Positions 22,448 through 33,132 of a DNA stretch of 64,000 nucleotides are shown one piece after another. The DNA comes from Flectonema sp. DT1601 (taxonomy: Eukaryota). The notes below the pieces were generated by a model. The model had not been told where the DNA came from and searched no databases. It saw nothing but the letters and a program-made list of their open reading frames with translations. Made by a program: the position numbers and the translations under genes. Location: assembly GCA_964019425.1 (NCBI GenBank), contig OZ025802.1:1116001-1180000 (forward strand), given 5' to 3'. Each line of letters begins with the position of its first letter. The first letter of the stretch is position 1.

Positions 22448-23003
22448 AGCTACAGTTGTATTGTATATTTATGATCGCTGTAACTGGTATTGAATGTGTT
22501 TTTTTTGTTGTGAAAATGGCGATGGATCCAATCACCATCATACAGCTTACGTTGATTGTCGCGTTGTTTATTATAATCTGTGTGGGTTACAATGCAACCA
22601 TAACGAGGAGTCCAAAGAAATCATTACTTTTTTATNNNNNNNNNNNNNNNNNNNNNNNNNNNNNNNNNNNNNNNNNNNNNNNNNNNNNNNNNNNNNNNNN
22701 NNNNNNNNNNNNNNNNNNNNNNNNNNNNNNNNNNNNNNNNNNNNNNNNNNNNNNNNNNNNNNNNNNNNNNNNNNNNNNNNNNNNNNNNNNNNNNNNNNNN
22801 NNNNNNNNNNNNNNNNNNNNNNNNNNNNNNNNNNNTACGTAGATCCGAGTGTTCTTCATGCGAATACCGATTATCGGGTTCCTCGTCCTGCTGCAGAAAC
22901 AACTATTCCACTTGCTGGGTCTGTAACAGACCAGACAGAATCTGAAACACTTATGAGCACTCTTGTTGCTGATCCTCAAAAAGACGATATTCAAGACTTG
23001 TAG
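22426..23003 (+). CDS. Small multi-TM membrane protein interrupted by an assembly gap
   Basis: ATG 22426 is followed by two hydrophobic helices. After the gap an open frame ends ...QKDDIQDL* at 23003. The frame across the gap cannot be determined. Confidence 0.55.
22636..22835. other. Assembly gap (200 N)
   Basis: Run of n characters. Confidence 1.
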
Positions 23004-23613
23004 CTTATCTGTTAATATAATTCTTTGATCCTTTTTGTTGCTGTTCTTTATTCAAGTTTTCTTTTTTTCAATCATCTGCATCGACACTTTTTTGCCGATA
23101 GCCTTTCTGTAGTACATCCAGTTCTTTTCCTTAACTGTTTTCAGAACACAGAAATGGATGTGTTATTTTTTTCATATTTAGACAGAAATATTGCATCATA
23201 CATAATTCGTGTTATTATTTTTAAAAAGGTTTTTTTTTTTTTTTTCAATCACGCAATCTGTCTGCCTTAGTCCCTGTGTGATAAACCGGACGGGGGAAAG
23301 AATAAAAAAGCACAGAGCCACTCGCGTCGATCTGTGCACTTGTGCACGAAATTTAAACTTTTAATTCGTCATAAATGATGTTTGCCAAGGTATAATGTTA
23401 AAAAAAAAAAAAAAAAAAAAAGAATTAAAAAAATATTATGATAAATTATTAAAATAATATGGAGGGGGGGAAAAAATAGAATTGATATTAAACTTAACCA
23501 TACAGTAAAATATTAATATAACACTGTGTTGTTTTGTTTTGTGACACGAAACTAAAGTGGCTTCCCTGGTATTTTTGATAAATAAAAACTACTTCAACAG
23601 CCATGCTCATACT

Positions 23614-25365
23614 ATGATAAAAAGACTGACCACAGATGTTCTTATCGCAGGTGGTGGTCCTGTTGGAAGAACACTTGGATGCCTTTTACAAAGAGAAGGT
23701 GTGGACACAATGATAATCGAAAAGATCCCAATTGCGAATCGAAAAAGACATCCGAAAGCCCACGCTTTAACCAGCAGAACAATGGAAATATTCAATTCAA
23801 TGGGGATAAGTGAGGATATCATGAAGCACTGTCCACCGGAATCTGAATGGGGAAAGGTTCAATACACCCACAGTCTACAAGGGAAATACATTGCTGAAAA
23901 GGATCACAGAACTGGATCTGCTTTCGAGACACTGATTCAGAAATCTGAGTGTCGGCCAGCTCATGTTGCTCAACCATATGTTGAGGATGCCTTGCAGAGT
24001 CTTTCAGCAAATTTAAATTTAAAAGAGCATGTCGGAACCTGTGTAACAATCAATGAGAATTACTCTCCAAATACCGTACTAACAACTGTTTCCACACCAA
24101 GTGAAACTTACGAGGTCGAGTCGGAACATGTTGTAGTAGCTGATGGAGCTAATAGTAGTCTGCGTTCAAATCTTGGCATTGCAATGAGTGGTCCAGGAAC
24201 TTTACAAAAGTTTCATTCAATTCATTTCAACTCTTTGAGTCTTGGTAGATATCTGATTGAACAAAATAGAACTGGAATGCTCTACTTTGTGTTTAACAGT
24301 GACATCATTGCTTGTGTCGTTGGGTTAGACATATCAAAGGGAGAATTCGTTATCCAAATCCCAAGTTATGACATTGCTCACAGTGATACAAATGAAGAAC
24401 AAGTTGTGAGGACAGCTATCAATGCTGCCGTGTATGGAACAGATTCAACTGAAAAGAAAGTAATAATCGATGATCTGATTGTACACGCAAGGCAGTCATG
24501 GATTATGTCTGCACAAATAGCGCAAAGTTTTGTATCAAAGTCGGGGAAATGTTTTTTGTGTGGTGATGCAGCTCATCGATTTCCTCCTTCAGGAGGATTA
24601 GGTCTCAACACAGGAATCGGAGATGCTCATAATATCGCTTGGAAACTATCAGCGTATCACAAGAGATACTCAGACAGTGAACTACTACATAGTTATCATA
24701 AAGAACGTCATTACAGTGGTACTGGACTTCTTAGTACTGCAATGACTTGTTTTCAAAGAGGGATGAATGTACCAAAGTCAATGGGTATGACTCAGTCTCA
24801 AGCATCGATACTTGAAACTGTCTGTTCTAACATCCCATACGTTGGAAGCCATCTATTCGACACTGGTATGAAATTAGGCAGAACAGCGACTACTAATAAT
24901 ACTTCAGGAGTTCAGAATATTCTAAATAACTGGAATGATATTCCGTTATTCTTCTCTTTTGATGATTTAGGTGTTTGCTATCCACCTGCTAAACGAACAG
25001 ATGAGATACGTCAGGGATCGTTACATTATACAGAGCAGTTTATGGCGGGTGTCCGCATGCCTTCTATTTCTTATAAAACTACTTCTGGAACATTCGAGAG
25101 ATATTCCATGCCCAGATCCCTAACTTGGGTATTACTGTCAAAAGATCTTAACATCAATATTCGATCTGTGAAAACCCCCTGTACACCCGGTGTATCTGTC
25201 ATCTATGTGGCCTCATCTTCACAGTGGGATGCTATTGACAGTGAAATAAAAAACATACTAGTAAGACCTGATGGGTACATTGCCTGGGTATCAGATAAAA
25301 AAACTTCACCGAGAGAGATTCGAACTGAACTGAGAAATATGTTATTTAGTAGTTCGGGGGGGTGA
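23614..25365 (+). CDS. FAD-dependent aromatic monooxygenase (FAD_binding_3; phenol/2,4-dichlorophenol hydroxylase-like)
   Basis: DVLIAGGGPVG, PKAHALTSRTMEIF, VVVADGANSSLR, FLCGDAAHRFPPSGGLGLNTGIGDAHNIAWKL and C-terminal ILVRPDGYIAW. ATG at 23614. Confidence 0.92.
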   Translation: MIKRLTTDVLIAGGGPVGRTLGCLLQREGVDTMIIEKIPIANRKRHPKAHALTSRTMEIFNSMGISEDIMKHCPPESEWGKVQYTHSLQGKYIAEKDHRTGSAFETLIQKSECRPAHVAQPYVEDALQSLSANLNLKEHVGTCVTINENYSPNTVLTTVSTPSETYEVESEHVVVADGANSSLRSNLGIAMSGPGTLQKFHSIHFNSLSLGRYLIEQNRTGMLYFVFNSDIIACVVGLDISKGEFVIQIPSYDIAHSDTNEEQVVRTAINAAVYGTDSTEKKVIIDDLIVHARQSWIMSAQIAQSFVSKSGKCFLCGDAAHRFPPSGGLGLNTGIGDAHNIAWKLSAYHKRYSDSELLHSYHKERHYSGTGLLSTAMTCFQRGMNVPKSMGMTQSQASILETVCSNIPYVGSHLFDTGMKLGRTATTNNTSGVQNILNNWNDIPLFFSFDDLGVCYPPAKRTDEIRQGSLHYTEQFMAGVRMPSISYKTTSGTFERYSMPRSLTWVLLSKDLNINIRSVKTPCTPGVSVIYVASSSQWDAIDSEIKNILVRPDGYIAWVSDKKTSPREIRTELRNMLFSSSGG

Positions 25366-25612
25366 TGACTCTTTACTATAGCTATTCCCACTGATGTGAG
25401 GTACAACCGAATATTTGTACGAGTTTATTTCAGGTAATGCTTTATACTACCTGACTCGTAACCTGCTATGGCTGAACGTTACCTTTTTTATTGACATTTT
25501 TTCATAGTTTCGGCAGGAGGTAATTAATATGAGATACTAAGTTACGCGAAGGAAGTGTATTAAGTTTTTTTTTACAGATTCCTTTTACAAAAAAAAAAAA
25601 AAAAAAAAAAAA

Positions 25613-26848
25613 ATGAAAGCATTCGTTCCTTTGTTTGCTCTAATTAGCAGCGCATCAGGAATGGCACCTCCATTTTCAACTTATGTGTTTCCTGCTGGAG
25701 CAGGTGCTGACATGGTTACTGACCCAATGTTGTCGCAGCTCCCAGTAAACACGAAGGCTGATTTTTTAGACAGGCTTAGCACGTTTAGAAGTGATCGCGG
25801 TGCATGCAGAAACTTAATTTATGACCCGCAGTTGGAGGATGACTTGTTTCTTGAGTACTCTGCTCTATTTGGTACAAATGGTAATCGATGCCCAGATATC
25901 AACAGTGGCAACCCAGCGACCTTAGTTACCACCTTCATCACTGTCTCAGAAACTGGAGTTCGGGACACTGCAGACCGAACTTTTTTTACCATCGATGAAA
26001 TATGGGATCGACTACTACTCGTGCATGCTAATTCTGAAACAATAATGCAGTGGTTCAGTGCAACAAGAGTTGGGTGCGTCTACTGTGAGCAAACACAGTG
26101 GGATGCTGCATTCGTCTCATTCTTTTATTGTACAATTGCCGAACAGAATGGACAAGTTGCCGACAACGTGTTTCCTCAGGGAACTACTTGTCAGGATTGT
26201 GTTGGTGTTACTTGTCCAGATTTAGAATGCAGGGAATCAGGTGTATGTGATCCTACATTAGGATCTTGTACATATGTTGACTCTGCTAATGGTCTTCCAT
26301 GTGGCACTACATCCGATACCGTTTGTTTTAATGGTGTCTGTAAACCAGCAGCAGACTTAACAAAATTTGGTGGCGTTCCTGTTGTTGGTGAGCTTGGTGG
26401 AGGTCGAACAACAATTGACAAATTTATGAGTATTCCTGAGTCCATTATATCCCCAGCTGGTGTCAAGGTTTTTATTCCAAATCAGCCACTCAGTGCTGGA
26501 AGTTCGATTTATATCGCGTGTGCTTCTTCATCAGGTGTTTGCGAACTTTTTATCTCATTCTCTCACTGTCCACCGTGTGAAGTAAACGGGGGCCTACCAA
26601 GTATCCTTACTCTTCTTGGTTGGGACAGTGCTTCATGCTCTCCGAGAACTTCAAAGTACCCAATGGTTACCTTTCATAAAACAGTCACTGTTGCTGACTC
26701 ACCTATCTTACTTCCTGATACAACAAAAATGACTGCTGACATTATTTTATTTAACAACCCTAACCCACTTGTTGATCCTGTTTGGTGCCCCAAATCATTG
26801 GGACCTCACAACCCTCAAGGGATTGACAGGAGGTGTATCTGCCATTGA
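25613..26848 (+). CDS. Secreted protein with a signal peptide, a degenerate CAP/SCP-like domain, a Cys-rich module and an unknown C-terminal domain
   Basis: MKAFVPLFALISSASG signal. CAP-like motifs FLDRLSTFRS..GA..NLIYDPQLE, QWFSATRVGC and FFYC. Cys-rich C...CDPTLGSC...NGLPC......CFNGVC. Confidence 0.65.
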   Translation: MKAFVPLFALISSASGMAPPFSTYVFPAGAGADMVTDPMLSQLPVNTKADFLDRLSTFRSDRGACRNLIYDPQLEDDLFLEYSALFGTNGNRCPDINSGNPATLVTTFITVSETGVRDTADRTFFTIDEIWDRLLLVHANSETIMQWFSATRVGCVYCEQTQWDAAFVSFFYCTIAEQNGQVADNVFPQGTTCQDCVGVTCPDLECRESGVCDPTLGSCTYVDSANGLPCGTTSDTVCFNGVCKPAADLTKFGGVPVVGELGGGRTTIDKFMSIPESIISPAGVKVFIPNQPLSAGSSIYIACASSSGVCELFISFSHCPPCEVNGGLPSILTLLGWDSASCSPRTSKYPMVTFHKTVTVADSPILLPDTTKMTADIILFNNPNPLVDPVWCPKSLGPHNPQGIDRRCICH

Positions 26849-27846
26849 TTCAAAAAGTTGTAGGGGTCGCAGAGTTTTTTGGCAAAGGAGAGTTGTTTTT
26901 TTTTTCAGATGATGTCTCATACAAAAAGAAAAGAGAAAAAAAAAAAAAATTAATAAAAAAAACAAAAAAATAATTTTAAAAAAAAAAAAAAAAAAATACT
27001 GTCACTGCGTTGCTTATGGCAACAGCATTATTTCCCCCGCTTTTCTTTGAGGGAGTTTCGCCCCTCTGTTTTATTTCCCAAAAAAGGGCTGCTTATCTTA
27101 GTGATAATGTATGCTATACAACGCTTCGTCATGTTGGTAGACTAGTAGTGATTTATTGTACTTCACGATGACTGATTGTCCCAACTATCTTTTTTGTCTC
27201 GAAGATCAGTTTGCTACCCCTAGCGGCTGGGGAGGGGCGTCTGCCAAGAAGACTGCGATTGGATTAAAACCTTTTTTTTCTTCTTCTTCTTCCAATCTTT
27301 TTTCATTGTTTTTGGACAGGACAGGCATGAATTCGCCTGTTCCAATTTGTCTACATTTATATCTATGTTCCCAGCGTCGCTTCAACCCTATGAAAGTGTG
27401 TCTGGTGGTACCCTCTGAGAAATCGATTTTAAATCGTTAGGTTTTGCTGATAGCTTTTCGTCCATTCGGGATGAAACAAACAAAAAAAAGAAAAGAAAAA
27501 ATCAAACAAAAGCAAAGCATAACCAAACACATTTATAAAGTAAAAGTATAATCCCTTCTATATTGCTGTGTAAAGTTTACAGTCGGTCGTCTGCTACAAG
27601 GCGAACCGTGTGTAGGGTTGTCACAGTGCCCCTTATCATCCTCCTTTGCGTGACTCACGCAACGGTCTATCCTAATTACACAAACCAATATGCCTACCAG
27701 GTACTACTAATTATTCACACCAGAGAAGGAGAAGGTTTTTTTCGGCACACTGAAAATTTACTTATTTTTATTATTTTTTTTTCTTTGCCGAAAAAAAATG
27801 ATGAAACTTTGGTGGACAATTTGATTCTGCTGCAATGCTCTTTCAA

Positions 27847-27887
<41 letters not shown>

Positions 27888-28764
27888 CAATGAAGGAAGC
27901 AGGCTGAATAGTAACCCTGGAGAGATCAAAAAAGCAATCAAAAATTAGAAATACAGTACTTTCTTGTTGTGTATTGTTTATTTCTATACATTTTTTTTTC
28001 TTCTTTTTTTTTGAAAATATTTTGTGTTGTTTTGTATTGTTATGGAAGAAAAAAAAAAAAAAAAAAAAAAAAAAAACTTATTATCTCAACGACACAAAGC
28101 AACCTGAGAAGCTTCAGTCTGTCGTAACCTATTATTTTTTTTTCTTTTTTTTTTCTTTTTTGTTTTGTTCCTGACAAAAAATGGCACAAATACCTGCCCA
28201 AGATAAATTTCGGATTCGTGAAATTGAGTTAGCAAATATCACCAACCGATTTTTTAAATTATTTATATTCTTTTGTATTAGCAATTATTATTTTTCAGAA
28301 GTTGTCGAGCAGCTTACATAAAAAAAAAAAAGGAATTACCACTAAACCTAACATGGTAATAAAAAAATAGCCTGCATTTGCCTCTCTTTCTAACAGTTTC
28401 CTCCCTATTTATTATTGTTATTTTAAACTACCCAATTTTAAAAAAATTTAAACCAAAAAAAAAAGGTGCCGAAGCGCAAGCTCGGTGATTCTCCACATGT
28501 GAAAGCTATAATGGACCCCTCTTGGAAGGTGCATGGCTGAAGTGGTATATATCTTTAGGTACGATTGTTATTATTTTTTTTTTTTTTGTTGTGTGAATGA
28601 AAAAGAAATTGTTTTATTTTTTCACACAGTTTAACAAAATCTTTTTTTTTTTTGTTTTTTTTTTTTTGATTCTCTCATTCCACCCTAATGATCGAATAAT
28701 GAAGAACTACTTTCCATGTCTTATCCAGCAGCTTTACTTTCTTCCGCAGGTAGTGTGAAGACAA

Positions 28765-30573
28765 ATGGTTACCCCCACAACACCTTGTGGGGTGGTGCAG
28801 TTCGATGAGGACGATGGAATGATGGAAACAATAAAATTAGATGTCGAGAGCTCATCAGCACTACGAGCGAATGGATGGTCTGAATCTAATAATAAAATAA
28901 CGTGGGAAGTTTTCTTTTGGTGGACTTGGGTAATTGGAACCTTAATATGGACTGTAGATCGATTAGCGTGGAACTGCTGGCCGAGAGAATCCTTCGGAGA
29001 AGGTTTCGGAAGTGACAAGAGCCCCCTAACAACAGAGCTCACATCCACAACAATCTACAATGTACTAATACGAGCAACAGGTAGACTCTGTACTTGTACT
29101 TTAAGTGGTCTTCTTGTTACTTCTTTTAGAGAGGTGTTTACTTTTTTGCAACGTTTGCAAGACAAGAGGGTTTTAAATTTCATAAATTTCTATGGTTGGG
29201 CGGAATCGAACTACAGGTCACACGTGATTCTCGGTAAGTTTATTGGTGTTTTAACAATAGTGCATGTTGTTGTTATATTCTTACCGGTTGTTTTATCAGG
29301 TTGGAGTCATGTTATTTATAGACGTGGGCCGACTACGTTACCTCTCAGCGAAACAAAAACGTGTCCTGATTTTGATTATCAACTACACGTTATCTGTTTA
29401 AGTACCGATGATATAATTCGTTTTGTTCTGACGTTGATCGTTTTTTTACTTATATTTCCAATGTCGCAATCGAAATTGATCAGTAATTCTAACTACAACA
29501 CCTCTCGATTTCTTCATCTATTTGGATCGCTTTGGTACTGTATTGACATAACTCGTAAAAAGACACATCCGCACACGTGGATAATTAATATTCCAATTAT
29601 TGTGTTACTTCTGATTGATAGAATCTTTAGTTGGTGGTTATCAAAACAAACTCGCGCAACAATTCTCCAACTTGATCACGATTACCTAATTTTAGAGTTG
29701 AATGACTTTAACGTGGACACCGAAACAGTTGCACCGACTATCAATCTCTCACTTACAGAACTTGGGAAGGCTGACTACTCACACAGACTAACTGTTGTAT
29801 CGCAGTGTTGTAAAAAGAAGAGAAGATGTTACAGTGAAAAGGAACACAAGTTTGATATCGCGGAGTCTTTTAAGGAGCCATTGATGCCTTCTGATGATAC
29901 GAATCCACTATCAGCTTCAACCCCATCTCGCATCCAGAGAAGGAATAGTGTTCTTCAGTGTGTTACTGAAGAGGAAAACCAAGTTTGGAATCCTGCTAAT
30001 CCTTTCATGATTGTGAGGGTATCGAAGAGTGAAACAGATCCTTCTTCGTGTACATTTCTGAATAAACGTTCAGCAACGGCAATACTTGCTTCGGGTAATC
30101 CTGTTAGGAATGTTTGTGTTGGAGTACCTGTATGCTCAGTGTATCACCAACTGTTGTTTATTGAAGGAATGCCTCCAGTTATTCTGATTGCATCTGGGAG
30201 TGGTGCCAGTATGCTACTTGACTTTATGTATTATGTTGTAAAGAATAAAATCTCGTTATTGAATAATGTTAAGATATTCTACACGAGTAGATCCCTTCCT
30301 CTATTTCAATTCGTCACCGACATGCTCTGCGAAGAATCGGTTCACAATCTAGAAGTATCAGCAGCACTGACTGCACCTGGATATGAATACTCACCTTCTC
30401 ACCCAACACGTGACATGCAAATCGGTAGAATGCACGTCTCTGACATGTTATCAGACGCTGATTCTAAAACACAGGTATTCTTTTGTGGATCATATTCTCT
30501 TCAAAAAGAATTAACCACGCTGTGTAATAAGTATTCTTTGAAGTTGAAACACTCCCATGCTTTTGAAGCCTAA
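28765..30573 (+). CDS. Ferric reductase/NADPH-oxidase superfamily membrane flavocytochrome
   Basis: TM region with SHVILGKFIGVLTIVH (His pair) and FLHLF; FAD-type SHRLT (compare HPFT); NADPH-binding VILIASGSG and VFFCGS. Confidence 0.75.
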   Translation: MVTPTTPCGVVQFDEDDGMMETIKLDVESSSALRANGWSESNNKITWEVFFWWTWVIGTLIWTVDRLAWNCWPRESFGEGFGSDKSPLTTELTSTTIYNVLIRATGRLCTCTLSGLLVTSFREVFTFLQRLQDKRVLNFINFYGWAESNYRSHVILGKFIGVLTIVHVVVIFLPVVLSGWSHVIYRRGPTTLPLSETKTCPDFDYQLHVICLSTDDIIRFVLTLIVFLLIFPMSQSKLISNSNYNTSRFLHLFGSLWYCIDITRKKTHPHTWIINIPIIVLLLIDRIFSWWLSKQTRATILQLDHDYLILELNDFNVDTETVAPTINLSLTELGKADYSHRLTVVSQCCKKKRRCYSEKEHKFDIAESFKEPLMPSDDTNPLSASTPSRIQRRNSVLQCVTEEENQVWNPANPFMIVRVSKSETDPSSCTFLNKRSATAILASGNPVRNVCVGVPVCSVYHQLLFIEGMPPVILIASGSGASMLLDFMYYVVKNKISLLNNVKIFYTSRSLPLFQFVTDMLCEESVHNLEVSAALTAPGYEYSPSHPTRDMQIGRMHVSDMLSDADSKTQVFFCGSYSLQKELTTLCNKYSLKLKHSHAFEA

Positions 30574-31309
30574 GAGATGTTTTTTTTCGTTGTGTTTTTT
30601 ACGGAGTATCGACTCTTCGCTTTTTGAAAAGTCGAGAAAATACTCAATTCTTATTTCCTCCTTTTTCTTATCATTTAGTTGATATGTACGTAGTAGTCAA
30701 GAAGTTATTTTCGGAATTTCTTGGAAACCGTTATTGTCCTGGTGAGTTGGGTATTTATCTGTTGCACACGATCACGGGACTGAAACAGTTTCGTGAATGT
30801 TTCTTTTTATCTCTGTCTCTCTTTTTTCTTAAAATCTTTTTGATATCTTGTCAACACTGCGGGTTTGCGGGTCATCTTTTTTTCTATTCCTCCCCCAGTG
30901 CAGTATAGACAGTTCGTTTTGGGCTGTTTTATTTTTATTATCAAAATCTAGACACGACAAAAAAAAAAAAAGGTTTCCTTTTTTTAATAATTTTTATTTT
31001 GTTTATTTTTAAATCGAGTGAACCGAATAAATAGAATCACGTAAGTGGTAAACTACTTCTATTCGGCATCGAATACTCTCAACGAACTTTAAAGAATTTC
31101 TTACTAAGAACTGAGAACATGTAGTGAATCGCTCTTTCAACTTCACTTAGTTGCCGATCCATACTACGTCTCTCTTAGTGAGATCATTGTCGGCGTGTGG
31201 ATATTTATTTTAAAAGATTGCGTGATTTAGGTTTTTATTTATTATTTTTTTTTTAAAAAAAAACAGTTTTCTTATTAACAAAAAACAAACAAACAACACC
31301 CCTCCGAAA

Positions 31310-32194
31310 ATGTCTTCAACAACCGCACCAACCACTCCAGAGCAGAACAACTCACGTGCTCCAGATGCCGAAGAAATGGAAGTTGTTGTTATTGACGATG
31401 TGAAGAAGGACAGCGGTAAAACAACCGCTGCCAGAGACGCTTTTAAAAATAAGGACGTCGAAGCCAGCAGAAAGGCACACATGGAAAAGGAAGACCACGG
31501 AGGTGCCGGCAGTGAATACGTCAAGAGTATCGTATTTGGTGGTCTCGACGGAATTATTACTACCTTTGCGGTGGTAGCTGCCGCCCAAGGGGCTGACGGA
31601 GAGTTGGAAGTCGCAAAAACTGTTTTAATTTTAGGATTTGCTAATCTTTTTGCAGATGGATTTTCAATGGGATTTGGTGAGTTCTTATCAAGCAGAGCTG
31701 AACTTGATTTTGCCAAGAGCGAACGCGAGCGTGAAGAATGGGAATTCGAGAACGCACCTGATCTTGAGAAGAAAGAGATGGTTGACCTCTACATGGAACG
31801 TGGAATTTCTGAAGAAGACTCCGAAACATTAGTTGCCATCCTTTCTAAAGACAAGAATCTATTCGTTGATACAATGATGGTTGAAGAACTCGGTATTCAA
31901 GTAGAACTTGAAGACCAGTGGGCTCCGTTCAAATCCGCCGTTGCAATGTTTGTCTCATTTATCTGTTTTGGAATGGTTCCATTATTTGTATACCTTCCTC
32001 AAAAAGACAGCATTGAAATCTTTATTATCGCTTGCAGTGCCACTGCCTTAACTCTATTCATTTTGGGTGCAGTCAGAGGAAAACTTACTAGACAACACTG
32101 GTTGAAATGTGGCTTATACATGGTCATGAATGGTGCTGTTGCCGCAGGTATTTCTTACTTAGTGGGATTCCTTGTCGGAAAAGCCGTAAACTAA
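31310..32194 (+). CDS. VIT1: VIT1/CCC1-family vacuolar Fe/Mn transporter
   Basis: YVKSIVFGGLDGIITTFAVVA, GFANLFADGFSMGFGEFLS, EREREEWE, MMVEELG and FVSFICFGMVPL. Confidence 0.95.
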   Translation: MSSTTAPTTPEQNNSRAPDAEEMEVVVIDDVKKDSGKTTAARDAFKNKDVEASRKAHMEKEDHGGAGSEYVKSIVFGGLDGIITTFAVVAAAQGADGELEVAKTVLILGFANLFADGFSMGFGEFLSSRAELDFAKSEREREEWEFENAPDLEKKEMVDLYMERGISEEDSETLVAILSKDKNLFVDTMMVEELGIQVELEDQWAPFKSAVAMFVSFICFGMVPLFVYLPQKDSIEIFIIACSATALTLFILGAVRGKLTRQHWLKCGLYMVMNGAVAAGISYLVGFLVGKAVN

Positions 32195-32422
32195 AAAAAA
32201 AATAAGTTTTTCGTGATTTGCGTGTGAGTTTTTTTTTTAAAAAAAAAAGAAGTCATTTCTTCTTTGACTTCGCAACACTTTACCGTGTTTTTCTCTCTCT
32301 TTTTCAATTCCTCTCTATTTGCATTACATTAATCTTGTATAAGTAATTGGCGGTCTCTTAGATCGCCGCATTTCTGCTTATCGACTTACTAACTTTTAGA
32401 GGCGCCAAAAGAAAAAAAGAAT

Positions 32423-32820
32423 GTGTGAACAACCGGGATGGAATAATATCACTCTTTTTTCTTTTTTTTCTTTTTGAGCGCCGTCCCCTTTTATTTACAG
32501 CTCGTCTGCTAGACCATCACAAATACATACTAAAAGTTTAAGACTTTTGTATATTATTGGGTTGGAGCTTGTTTGATAAGCCAAAATTGGATTAACTTTT
32601 TCTTTTTTTTTTTTTTTTTTTGAAACGTGTGAATAACCGGGAGGATAAACATCACAAACTAGTTTCTTGAAAAAAAAAAAAATTATTATCAAAATATAAT
32701 CCTTTTGGGCATCCTGGCCTACAAAATTATTATAATCTATCTCCTCATCCACCGTTCTACTTGAGGATAAGTTTTTTAAATGCAGTCAGCCGTGTGAACA
32801 ACCGGGAGGGGAAATATCAT
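32423..32820 (+). repeat. Three spaced copies of a ~28-bp motif GTGTGAAYAACCGGGA...ATCA
   Basis: Copies at 32423, 32627 and 32792; a weaker copy at ~23276. Confidence 0.75.
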
Positions 32821-33132
32821 AATTGGCTGCATTCATTTCTAAAGTCTGAAGAGAAAGAGAGAAAAAAAAGGGATCTTTAAATTTATTTTGTTTTAATAAC
32901 AGGTGAACAACATCATCATCATCATACAAGGACTTATCTCAGTTACATGTCTCCAGTGGGAGTATCCACCACCACACTGTATTGAGGAACATTGAGGGTC
33001 CATCCCTAACTAGTACTCGGTTGCCTGAATATAAATACTTTGATAGCATCGCATCATTACAACTGCTCTTAATATTTGTTATATTTTCTTCAACAGCCAA
33101 AGACAAGTTTTTTTAAAAAAAAAAAATAAAGA

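Noticed and set aside
32423..32820. CRISPR-like reading of the spaced 28-bp motif
   Set aside because: Eukaryotic context, degenerate repeats, long unequal spacers and no cas genes.
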